Assembly (NCBI GenBank): GCA_947565635.1
Contig: CANOGU010000006.1
Coordinates: 3,817 to 67,816, forward strand
Direction of reading: 5' to 3'
DNA: 64,000 bases
Source: an uncultured Lactobacillus sp.
Lineage (GTDB): Bacteria; Bacillota; Bacilli; Lactobacillales; Lactobacillaceae
Position numbers and translations under genes: made by a program. Every line of letters begins with the position of its first letter. Position 1 is the stretch's first letter. The notes beneath the pieces were generated by a model, which saw only the letters and a list, made by a program, of their open reading frames with translations, did no database searches and was not told where the DNA came from. Shown one piece after another: positions 51,420 to 60,115 of this stretch.

Positions 51420-53042
51420 GTGTATATGGAATTATTAAAATATTTTAGAAAATTAAAATGGGAATTCCTGTTTGTGGTATTTCTAATAGTTGTTAATGCA
51501 GGTTTTCTAACTTTAGCCGGTATCTCTAGCGCAAATGCCTTGAGTGCTGTTGCAAAATTTAGAGCAAATGAATTCTTTATGTGGGTTGCAGTAATGGGAT
51601 TAGCCTACATTGTTTACGCAATAGTAAATTGTTTGGTTAATATTGAACAAGCTAGATTCTCACAAAATGTAGATAAGTTAATTAGAAAAGATATCGCTAC
51701 TGAATTATCAAGATCTAATTACGCGACTTTTCATAAGCACACTGTCTCCACCTATAGTTCATGGCTCACCAATGATATAACTACGATTAATAATTTTGGT
51801 ATCGCTGATTTTCTAATGATTGTCAGGCAAGTGTTTGAAATAATCTTTGGCATGTTAACACTAGCCTACTTCAATTTCAGTCTAGTAATTACTGTGGTGG
51901 TTTTGACAATTATTATGGGTATCGTTCCAAATCTATTCTCAAAAATATTGGCTAAAAAATCCTTGGAATATACCCATGCTAATGAACGTTTAGTAAACAC
52001 AATAAATGATATATTAAATGGATTTAATACTCTTTTTCTTGCTAATTTACCCCAAACTATCATAAAGAAAATAAATAAATCTTCAGATAATGTAAAAAAA
52101 TATACCGTACAATATGCTAAAACAGCTGGGATTACACAGGCTATTACAAATGGGTTGGCATTTATTAGTCAGGTGATTATTTTGGGACAAACCGGTTGGC
52201 TAATATTGCATAATTTGACTCCGGTAGGAACCATTAGCGGTGCCCAGTTCTTTGCTGGCACTATATTTGCAGAGTTAAGTGGTATTAGTTTTAATTGGCA
52301 AGAGTTCAAATCAGTTAAACCGATTATCCAGAAATTCAAATCAGGGTTTGATAAGAAGGATAATGAGCAAATATTTAAAAATGTAGAATTAGGTAATATA
52401 AAACTTGATAATATTTCATACAAATATTCTAAAAACGAAAAACCTCTATTCCAAAATTTAAATTTAGATTTCCAGCTTAATAATAAATACATCTTGGTAG
52501 GTGATTCAGCTGCCGGTAAGTCCACCATTCTTAATTTAGTTGCGGGACTACTAAGAAATAATAGTGGTGATATAAAAATGAATGATATAAGCTATTCAGC
52601 AATTTCAGACAATGACTTACATGAAAAAATATCATATTTACAGCAAGATCCTTATATCTTTTCAGCTTCTTTAAAGTGGAACTTGACTCTAGGCAAAAAT
52701 ATACCTGATGCTAAAATAAATAACGTTATTCATGAATGTGGTCTTGAAGATATGGTCGCTAAACTTCCCAATGGCTTGGATACTGTATTGAGTGATCAGG
52801 GAAAGCAATTATCAGGTGGACAGAAGCAACGTATTTCATTTGCTAGAGAAATTCTGCGAGATAAACCTATTTATTTATTAGATGAAGCAACTTCTGCATT
52901 AGATAAGTCTGCTAGTGTTAAACTTGAAAAGGCAATTTTATCAAAGAAGAATACAACGGTTATAATGGTAACTCATCATCTAAGAGAAGAAATAAAACAA
53001 TTGGCTAATGAAGTGATTAATTTAAATGAGGTGAAAGAGTAG
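51420..53042 (+). CDS. ABC exporter (fused TMD + ATPase), peptide/bacteriocin-exporter-like
   Basis: SWLTNDI, GDSAAGKST, LSGGQKQR, LDEATSALD; true start probably ATG at 51426. Confidence 0.82.
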   Translation: MYMELLKYFRKLKWEFLFVVFLIVVNAGFLTLAGISSANALSAVAKFRANEFFMWVAVMGLAYIVYAIVNCLVNIEQARFSQNVDKLIRKDIATELSRSNYATFHKHTVSTYSSWLTNDITTINNFGIADFLMIVRQVFEIIFGMLTLAYFNFSLVITVVVLTIIMGIVPNLFSKILAKKSLEYTHANERLVNTINDILNGFNTLFLANLPQTIIKKINKSSDNVKKYTVQYAKTAGITQAITNGLAFISQVIILGQTGWLILHNLTPVGTISGAQFFAGTIFAELSGISFNWQEFKSVKPIIQKFKSGFDKKDNEQIFKNVELGNIKLDNISYKYSKNEKPLFQNLNLDFQLNNKYILVGDSAAGKSTILNLVAGLLRNNSGDIKMNDISYSAISDNDLHEKISYLQQDPYIFSASLKWNLTLGKNIPDAKINNVIHECGLEDMVAKLPNGLDTVLSDQGKQLSGGQKQRISFAREILRDKPIYLLDEATSALDKSASVKLEKAILSKKNTTVIMVTHHLREEIKQLANEVINLNEVKE

Positions 53043-53119
53043 CGTATTTCATTTGATGAATAAAGATGAAATGGATTGCAAAGAAAAATGTAAGCTTTTC
53101 TATATATTTTTTATGAGCA

Positions 53120-53174
53120 CCAAATCACTGATATGACCCTCCATATGGAGCGTCTTTTTTGTGCAATTTTTTAT
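53120..53174 (+). repeat. Direct repeat copy 2
   Basis: CCAAATCACTGATATGACCCTCCATATGGAGCGTCTTTTTTGTGCAATTTTTTAT; 3 substitutions and a shorter T run versus copy 1. Confidence 0.85.
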
Positions 53175-53176
53175 CT

Positions 53177-53293
53177 TTTGATATAGACCAATTGTAGATA
53201 AAACATCTTGACCAATTTATTTAATAGGGTTATTATTGCTAGTATAACAGCAAAATAAATATAGTCCATTTAACTTAAATGAACTATACCAAA
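53177..53293 (+). promoter_or_regulatory. glmS promoter with NagR/DasR (dre)-like operators
   Basis: TTGACC(53208)-17-TATTAT(53231); TTTGATATAGACCAAT at 53177-53192 and AATGAACTATACCAAA at 53278-53293. Confidence 0.55.
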
Positions 53294-53304
53294 GGAGAAA
53301 ACTT

Positions 53305-55116
53305 ATGTGTGGAATTGTTGGTGTTGTTGGAAAACCTGCAAGAGATATTATTTTAAATGGCTTAACTAACTTAGAATATCGTGGTTACGATTCTGCAGGT
53401 ATATATTTAAATGACTTAAATGGAAACGAATATTTAACAAAAGCAGTCGGTAGAATTTCTAACTTAAAAGAAAAACTAACTCCTGATGAACAAGGATTAG
53501 TAGGAATTGGTCATACTCGTTGGGCTACACATGGTAAGCCAACAGTGGATAATGCTCACCCTCACTTTGATGAAACTAAGCGTTTTTACCTAGTTCATAA
53601 TGGGGTTATTGAAAATTATGCCGAATTAAAAGAAAAATACTTACAAGGGGTAAAGTTCCACTCTAATACTGATACTGAAGTGGTTGTCCAATTAATTAGT
53701 AAGATTGCTCGTGAGAAGAATTTAGATGGTTTTTCTGCGTTTAAAGAAGCTTTGAAATTAGTCAAAGGTTCATATGCTTTCCTTTTAGTTGATGATACTG
53801 AACCAGAGCATGTTTTTATTGCTAAAAACAAGTCACCAATGATGTTAGGGCTTGGCGATGGTTTCAATATTATTGCTTCTGATGCAATTTCTGTTTTAGA
53901 TCAAACCAAAACTTTTGTTGATTTACAAGATGGTGATGTTGGTGACATTACTAAAGATTCTTACACAATCGAAACTGTTGATGGTAAAAAGGTTGAACGT
54001 AAGCCCCATGTATTAGATATTGATCCTAATGCAGCCTCAAAGGGAACTTACGAATTTTACATGCTCAAAGAAATTGATGAACAACCAAGCGTAATGCGTA
54101 AAATTTCTCAAACTTATTTTGATGAAAATGATGATGTTAAGGTTGATCCAAAAATTATTGATTCTATTTCAAAAGCAGATCGTATTTATATTTACGCTGC
54201 TGGGACTAGTTATCATGCTGGTTTAGTTGGTAAGACAATGTTAGAGCATTATACTGGAATCCCAACTGAAGTTGGTTTGGCCTCAGAAGCTGGTTATCAC
54301 TTCCCAATGATGAGTAAGAATCCATTCTTTATTTTCTTAACTCAGTCAGGAGAAACCGCTGATTCTCGTGTTGTTTTGAAAGAAGTTAATAAGCGTAATA
54401 TCCCAAGTTTAACAATCACTAATGTAGAAGGTTCAACTTTATCAAGAGAAGCAGACTACACTATGCTCTTAGAAGCTGGTCCTGAAATTGCAGTTGCATC
54501 TACTAAGGCATACACTGCCCAAATTGCTGTTCAAGCAGTTCTGGCTAAGGCGTTGGGCGAAGCACTTAATAAAGCAGAAGCTAAAGATTGGAATTTAAAG
54601 CATGATTTAGCTATTGCAGCAGAAGGGATGCAGCAACTTGTTGACAGTAAAGAAAGTTTGAAAGAGATTGCTGATAAATACCTAATTAAGTCTCGAAATG
54701 CTTTCTACATTGGACGCGGAATTGATTATGCAGTAGCCTTAGAAGGAGCATTAAAACTTAAAGAAGTTTCATATATTCAAACTGAAGGATTTGCAGCAGC
54801 TGAATTAAAGCATGGTACTATTTCTCTTATCGAAAAAGATACCCCAGTAATTGCCTTAATTAATGATCCTGCAACAGCTGATTTAACGCGCGGAAATATT
54901 CAAGAAGTTGTTTCTAGAGGTGCTAACGTTGTTACTATTGCTGGTAAAGACTTTGCTAGAGAAGGGGACAATGTAGTTTTACCAGAAATTAACTATTATA
55001 TGTCTGCTCTATTAACTGTTGTGCCGGCTCAACTTCTTGCATATTATGCATCAAAAGATAAGGGCCTTGATGTAGATAAGCCACGTAACTTGGCTAAGAG
55101 TGTTACAGTTGAATAA
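53305..55116 (+). CDS. glmS: Glutamine--fructose-6-phosphate transaminase
   Basis: MCGIVG, GHTRWATHG, HNGVIEN, VASTKAY, PRNLAKSVTVE. Confidence 0.97.
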   Translation: MCGIVGVVGKPARDIILNGLTNLEYRGYDSAGIYLNDLNGNEYLTKAVGRISNLKEKLTPDEQGLVGIGHTRWATHGKPTVDNAHPHFDETKRFYLVHNGVIENYAELKEKYLQGVKFHSNTDTEVVVQLISKIAREKNLDGFSAFKEALKLVKGSYAFLLVDDTEPEHVFIAKNKSPMMLGLGDGFNIIASDAISVLDQTKTFVDLQDGDVGDITKDSYTIETVDGKKVERKPHVLDIDPNAASKGTYEFYMLKEIDEQPSVMRKISQTYFDENDDVKVDPKIIDSISKADRIYIYAAGTSYHAGLVGKTMLEHYTGIPTEVGLASEAGYHFPMMSKNPFFIFLTQSGETADSRVVLKEVNKRNIPSLTITNVEGSTLSREADYTMLLEAGPEIAVASTKAYTAQIAVQAVLAKALGEALNKAEAKDWNLKHDLAIAAEGMQQLVDSKESLKEIADKYLIKSRNAFYIGRGIDYAVALEGALKLKEVSYIQTEGFAAAELKHGTISLIEKDTPVIALINDPATADLTRGNIQEVVSRGANVVTIAGKDFAREGDNVVLPEINYYMSALLTVVPAQLLAYYASKDKGLDVDKPRNLAKSVTVE

Positions 55117-55261
55117 TAGAATTTAGATTAATTATTAAAATAGAGAATTAGTAATTCTAAAGGTGCTAATTCTCTATTTTTTTATGTAATTCTTTAGTGA
55201 AAAATCCAATTTTGATTTAAAATATATAAATATAGTAAGGTAAAAATGAACGAGGGCAATT

Positions 55262-55681
55262 ATGTTATCAAAAATATCAATTTTACTTACAAATCATCAT
55301 TTAACCTTAAAGGATATTTCACAAAGTAATTCTTTAATGGAAAAAGATTTAGAAGATGCACTTAATGAGAATCCAGATAATTGGTCAAGTGCAATTTTAT
55401 CGGCATTATCGTCATCTTTAAATATGCGACCAGGAGATTTACTGGAATTACTTGATCCAGTTTATTCTTTGAAAATTAATGACACTAATCAAATGATTCA
55501 AGGCATTTATATTGAAGATCCAGAAATGTATGAACAAATTAGATTTGTTGTAGAAAGTGAACACTTAGAGGGTTGGCAACCAGATGAAGAGGATATTTTA
55601 ATGCTACTTGATGAGGCGATTAATCCATCTAAGGAGATTAAAAGTGAAATTGATCGGATTTGGGGTGAAGAAAATGAATGA
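55262..55681 (+). CDS. HTH-containing putative Fic antitoxin (VbhA/FicA-like)
   Basis: N-terminal XRE-like helices; SEHLEG matches the (S/T)xxxE(G/N) inhibitory motif; overlaps the fic start. Confidence 0.6.
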   Translation: MLSKISILLTNHHLTLKDISQSNSLMEKDLEDALNENPDNWSSAILSALSSSLNMRPGDLLELLDPVYSLKINDTNQMIQGIYIEDPEMYEQIRFVVESEHLEGWQPDEEDILMLLDEAINPSKEIKSEIDRIWGEENE

Positions 55682-56261
55682 GGCCGAAAAGGATTCTGAA
55701 TGGTATCGTCAAAAATTTCTTTACCCAAATGGTACGCTTAAAAATAAGCTCAATATTACTGATGCGGCAGAATTAGCACAAAAAGAATACTTAGGCTCAG
55801 GAATTCGGGCCGTGGCTTTTTTGAGAAAGAATAAGAAAATCACTAGTGTTGAAGATTTGAAAAAAATTCATAAAATTATGTTTGGTTGGCTTTACGATTG
55901 GGCTGGTCAAATTAGAGATTATGAATTAGTTAAAGGAGAGACAGAGTTTTTAGAGTATTCTCGTATTAATTTTGGAATTGAAGAAATAGACGAAAAGATA
56001 CAACAATTGTCTTCTAAAAAAGAACTTGCAAATGTTGACTATGCTTTTTTACTGGATAGATTAAATTATCTTCATCCCTTTAGAGAGGGAAATGGGAGAA
56101 GCAGTAAATTATTTTTACAAGCTTTTGCTGCCAATCATGGTCAAGTGATTGATTATCCACGTTCAAACAAAGACCTGATTATTGCCCAAAATAATGCAGA
56201 TATTGATCAAATTGCTAGTCTAATTAGAGTTAATGCTAAAGCAAAGAAAGTTGCTCATTAG
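55674..56261 (+). CDS. Fic domain protein
   Basis: YPNGTLKNKL, YDWAGQIR, HPFREGNGRSSK. Confidence 0.88.
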   Translation: MNEAEKDSEWYRQKFLYPNGTLKNKLNITDAAELAQKEYLGSGIRAVAFLRKNKKITSVEDLKKIHKIMFGWLYDWAGQIRDYELVKGETEFLEYSRINFGIEEIDEKIQQLSSKKELANVDYAFLLDRLNYLHPFREGNGRSSKLFLQAFAANHGQVIDYPRSNKDLIIAQNNADIDQIASLIRVNAKAKKVAH

Positions 56262-56536
56262 ATAACTTGAACCGATATTTGTTATATTAAAGATTTGGAT
56301 TTAACAATGGAAGAAAAATGGACTAAGATATAGATGACTGATCCGAAAACTTCTCCTTTAAGAAGTGTAACAATTTATTTTTCTTCATTAAGATCATGTT
56401 GAGCTACAATCAGAAATGATTGTAGCTTTTTTGTTTTGTTTATAAATTGGGTCTTAAAAATAGTAAATAATGAGCATATTAATTTATTATAAAACGCTAT
56501 CAAGAGATAATTATTAATAATATTAAACTGAAAGGG

Positions 56537-57334
56537 ATGAGCAGTATGAAAAAGGCATTGAATCCTCGGATAATTGTTTCTTTGACAAGCTATGGGGATA
56601 GGTTGAATACACTATCTATTTGCCTTAAAAGTTTGCTTAATCAGACTAAAAAAGCCGATAAAATTTTAGTTTATCTGACTGATGATATTAAAGAAAGTCA
56701 TCTTCCATCATCTCTTATTGAATTACGCGATAGGGGAATTGAATATCGCTTTGTTCCCTTAGATCTAAAACCGCATAAAAAATATTACTATGCTATGCAA
56801 GAGTTTCCTGACGATATTATTGTTACAGTAGATGATGATGTTATTTACTACAAAGAAATGCTATCAGAATTATATAAAACGTACTTAAAATTTCCGAAAT
56901 GTATTGTCACGGGAAGAGCCCATGAAATAACTTTTAATGATGATGGATCGATTAAAGCATATGATGATTGGAATTGGTGCAGTCAAAAGTATGAACAGCC
57001 ATCGATGAAATTATTAGCTACGGGGGCTGGCAGTGTTTTATACCCACCTCATCTATTAGATGAAAAGCTATTATTTAATTTAGATTATATTAAGCACTAC
57101 ATTACAGTAGATGATTTATGGTTAAAATTAGTCGAAGTATTATCAAATGTACCAACGGTAGTATGTAGTTTAAAAATAGAAAAAATGCGTGAAGGAATTA
57201 CTGATACACAAGCGCAGGGCTTGTTTAATAAGAATGTTGGTAAAAATGAAAATGATCTTTATTTAAAAGACTTAGATAAAGAATTTTCCTTAGCAAGTAA
57301 AATTCTTGCCTATGAAAATGGAAAAGGAAAGTAA
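56537..57334 (+). CDS. GT-A fold glycosyltransferase-like protein
   Basis: IIVSLTSY..R, PHKKY, TVDDD (DxD), TGAGSVLYPP, DDLW. Confidence 0.7.
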   Translation: MSSMKKALNPRIIVSLTSYGDRLNTLSICLKSLLNQTKKADKILVYLTDDIKESHLPSSLIELRDRGIEYRFVPLDLKPHKKYYYAMQEFPDDIIVTVDDDVIYYKEMLSELYKTYLKFPKCIVTGRAHEITFNDDGSIKAYDDWNWCSQKYEQPSMKLLATGAGSVLYPPHLLDEKLLFNLDYIKHYITVDDLWLKLVEVLSNVPTVVCSLKIEKMREGITDTQAQGLFNKNVGKNENDLYLKDLDKEFSLASKILAYENGKGK

Positions 57335-57382
57335 AAAAGAAACGTCCGTATAGACGTTTCTTTTTTAGGATATAGATAAAAA

Positions 57383-57943
57383 TTAATGAAGGGCTGCAGC
57401 TCTTTGGGCCTGCATTTTTTCTTCTAGTTGCTTTTGTAATTTTTTCATATCTTTAGTTGAAATTACTTTCCAGCTTGATGGAATGGTAAAAATATATTTT
57501 CTCTGTTTGAGTTCATTATTATGACTAAAGACTCCGAACATAATTCGACTAAAATTATCTCGGTAAACATATCGAGTGGTTTCTATTTGAAGATTGGCTT
57601 GCGCACTATGTTTAATTTCGGTCGATACCTTATCAAGTTTAATAGCATTCGGCTTCTTTTGTTCATTGTTAGTTTTATATAAGTATACTTTTTCTGTACC
57701 ATTACCTAGAGGTTGATAAAGTAGAAGGGGAAGATTAGGAGTAGCACTTGAGACTAGACTTTGTTTGCTTATTTGCGTCTCAGTCTTCATTCCCCAGTGA
57801 TTATAGTCATGTGCAACGATCCCCAGAATGCAAAGCGATGTAACAATTAAGGAAAGCCAGGAGATTATAGTATGTCCTTTACCAGGGATGACGTTGAAGT
57901 AAATAAATAAAATTGCGGCTAAGATTAAAATTACAATTATCAT
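57383..57943 (-). CDS. DUF4811-like membrane protein coupled to MFS
   Basis: Two TM segments, HWGMK, LLYQPLG.GTEKVYLY, F.IPSSW; overlaps the MFS stop. Confidence 0.65.
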   Translation of the reverse strand: MIIVILILAAILFIYFNVIPGKGHTIISWLSLIVTSLCILGIVAHDYNHWGMKTETQISKQSLVSSATPNLPLLLYQPLGNGTEKVYLYKTNNEQKKPNAIKLDKVSTEIKHSAQANLQIETTRYVYRDNFSRIMFGVFSHNNELKQRKYIFTIPSSWKVISTKDMKKLQKQLEEKMQAQRAAALH

Positions 57944-59415
57944 TATCCATTCACCTCTTCTTGATTTTCACGGGCACGGTTACCTTTCTTGAGGAAGAAG
58001 GCAAGAACCAAAGCAATTAATGCAAAGACAATGCTCATGGCAAAGGAAGCATGGAATCCATCTAAAGTAGCATTAATAGCTTGATTTTTATATTGAAGTG
58101 GTAAAGTTTTCAGTAATTCTTTACTTGGCATGTTGTTGTTAGTCGCAGTAGTTAAGACAGAGACTAAAATGGCAGTACCAATTGAACTTAAAACTTGTCT
58201 AAATGTATTGTTTACTGCAGTTCCGTGTGAAATCTTGTCTAAAGGCAATGAGTTCATCCCAGAAGTAGTAACATTCATCATAACTAAGGCTACTCCGACC
58301 ATTCTGATTGCGTATAAAACGATAATCATGGTATAGGAACTTTGCTCAGTCAAAAATACAAATGGGATTGTACCTAATGTTAAAAGGGTCATTCCCGTAA
58401 TGGCCATCTTGCGGGCACCATATTTATCGAATAAACGTCCCGTAATTGGTGACATAATTCCAATCATTAGAGCACCTGGCAAAAGCATTAAACCTGAATG
58501 AAATGCAGATACTCCCCGTAAGTTTTGAATATATAAAGGTAGCACCATCTCGATACCAACCATGGCCAAATTTGTAATACCACTAAGGGCTGCAGCTAAA
58601 GAAAATTCAAAGTGTTTGAACACAGTAATATCTAAGAAAGGATCTGACATTTTCAATTGACGAAGACCGAAGATGATGACAAATACTATCCCTACACCAA
58701 TAAACATTAAAATTTCTGGATTAGTCCAACCTTTGTTGCCGGCCTCGGAAAAACCGTAAAGTAAGCTCCCAAATCCAACAGTAGAAGTGGTTACAGATAA
58801 AATATCAATTTTTTCTTTTTTAGTAGGGAGTACATCTTTAATTAAAAAGAAGGCTAATACGATAACTATACCGGCAATTGGGGCAATAATACTAAATAAG
58901 TAGCGCCAAGAAAGATTATCAACGATCCATCCAGATAAAGTTGGGCCGATGGCAGGAGCTAAGCCGATAACAATACCAACAGTTCCCATAGCAGCCCCAC
59001 GTTTATTAGCTGGAAAGATAGAAAGCATAATGGTTTGAAGAAGAGGCATCGTGACTCCAACACCTAATCCTTGAATAATTCTACCAGCAAGTAGGGTGCC
59101 AAAGTTCGGTGCAATTGCTGCGATAACTGTTCCAATAAAGAAAACAGACATTGCACTCAAGTACATTTTTCTTGATCCAAAGCGATTGATTAGCCATGCG
59201 GAAATTGGGATCATTACTCCGTTAACTAGCAAAAATGCTGTTGAAAGCCATTCAGCAGTTGCAGTGCTGATATGAAAGGAACGCATTATTGAAGGTAGAG
59301 CAGTAGCAAGCAATGTCCCGTTTAACACAGTACAGAAAGAACCAATAATTAAAACTAATACCAGTAAGTTTCGATTATAGGACTTTCCATGAATATCGGT
59401 GGGTTGTTTATCCAT
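57943..59415 (-). CDS. DHA2 family MFS multidrug efflux transporter (LmrB-like)
   Basis: LNGTLLATALP, GRIIQGLG, APAIGPTLSG; 14 TM segments. Confidence 0.9.
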   Translation of the reverse strand: MDKQPTDIHGKSYNRNLLVLVLIIGSFCTVLNGTLLATALPSIMRSFHISTATAEWLSTAFLLVNGVMIPISAWLINRFGSRKMYLSAMSVFFIGTVIAAIAPNFGTLLAGRIIQGLGVGVTMPLLQTIMLSIFPANKRGAAMGTVGIVIGLAPAIGPTLSGWIVDNLSWRYLFSIIAPIAGIVIVLAFFLIKDVLPTKKEKIDILSVTTSTVGFGSLLYGFSEAGNKGWTNPEILMFIGVGIVFVIIFGLRQLKMSDPFLDITVFKHFEFSLAAALSGITNLAMVGIEMVLPLYIQNLRGVSAFHSGLMLLPGALMIGIMSPITGRLFDKYGARKMAITGMTLLTLGTIPFVFLTEQSSYTMIIVLYAIRMVGVALVMMNVTTSGMNSLPLDKISHGTAVNNTFRQVLSSIGTAILVSVLTTATNNNMPSKELLKTLPLQYKNQAINATLDGFHASFAMSIVFALIALVLAFFLKKGNRARENQEEVNG

Positions 59416-59570
59416 TTTGAAGATCCTTTCTAAGTTATTAATATTAAAATTTAACTATAAAAACTATAATCTTAAAGAGAATGATTGTCAAATAATCTTA
59501 CAAACATGTAATTATCTTTGACATATATGTTGCTAAAACTGTCATAAGATTTTAAACTAGAATTGAGATT

Positions 59571-60029
59571 ATGATATTTAAGGATAAAAAAATGGAAGCA
59601 AAAAAGATATTTCATGATGTGTTTCAAAATATTGAAGTCGGAATAGGCGAAGTAAGTAAAACGGTTGGTGTTTCGCAAAGACAGTTACGGTATTGGGAAG
59701 AAAAGGGATATATTAAGCCGGTCGATGATAATCAAAGTGGAGTTAGAAGATATACTCTTTCAACTTTATATTTAATTATTTTTATTAAAACTCAACTTGA
59801 TCAGGGATTTACTTTATCTGCAGCCTTTGAGCGCTCAAAAGATATTAAAGTAAAAAGTAAAATTGTGAGAAATTTTTTTGAACACACTTTTAATGATGTA
59901 ACTATTACGGATGCAGATAAAGCCTACGGTGAGATCGACTTGGGAGAACTTTTAGTGCAAGATGGTCAAAAGTATCATTTTAAAGGCGTAGTCGATGAGC
60001 ATGGTCGATATCTAAAAATTGATAAATAA
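59571..60029 (+). CDS. MerR family transcriptional regulator (divergent to MFS)
   Basis: IGEVSKTVGVSQRQLRYWEEKGYI..P, RRY. Confidence 0.87.
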   Translation: MIFKDKKMEAKKIFHDVFQNIEVGIGEVSKTVGVSQRQLRYWEEKGYIKPVDDNQSGVRRYTLSTLYLIIFIKTQLDQGFTLSAAFERSKDIKVKSKIVRNFFEHTFNDVTITDADKAYGEIDLGELLVQDGQKYHFKGVVDEHGRYLKIDK

Positions 60030-60115
60030 AAAATGAAGTATCCATTTATAGATACTTCATTTTTAGGACAAGTCGATATTAAAGTTATATATGTTGATTA
60101 GTTGTGATTTATGAA

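Larger units (their letters stand above)
51039..53174. mobile_element. Integrase-less genomic islet at tRNA-Arg(TCT)
   Basis: Bounded by a duplicated tRNA 3' end; AT-rich; carries a single ABC gene. Confidence 0.65.

Noticed and set aside
55117-55260. Tn7-like insertion at attTn7 downstream of glmS
   Set aside because: No tns genes or Tn7 end repeats visible; only a terminator hairpin.
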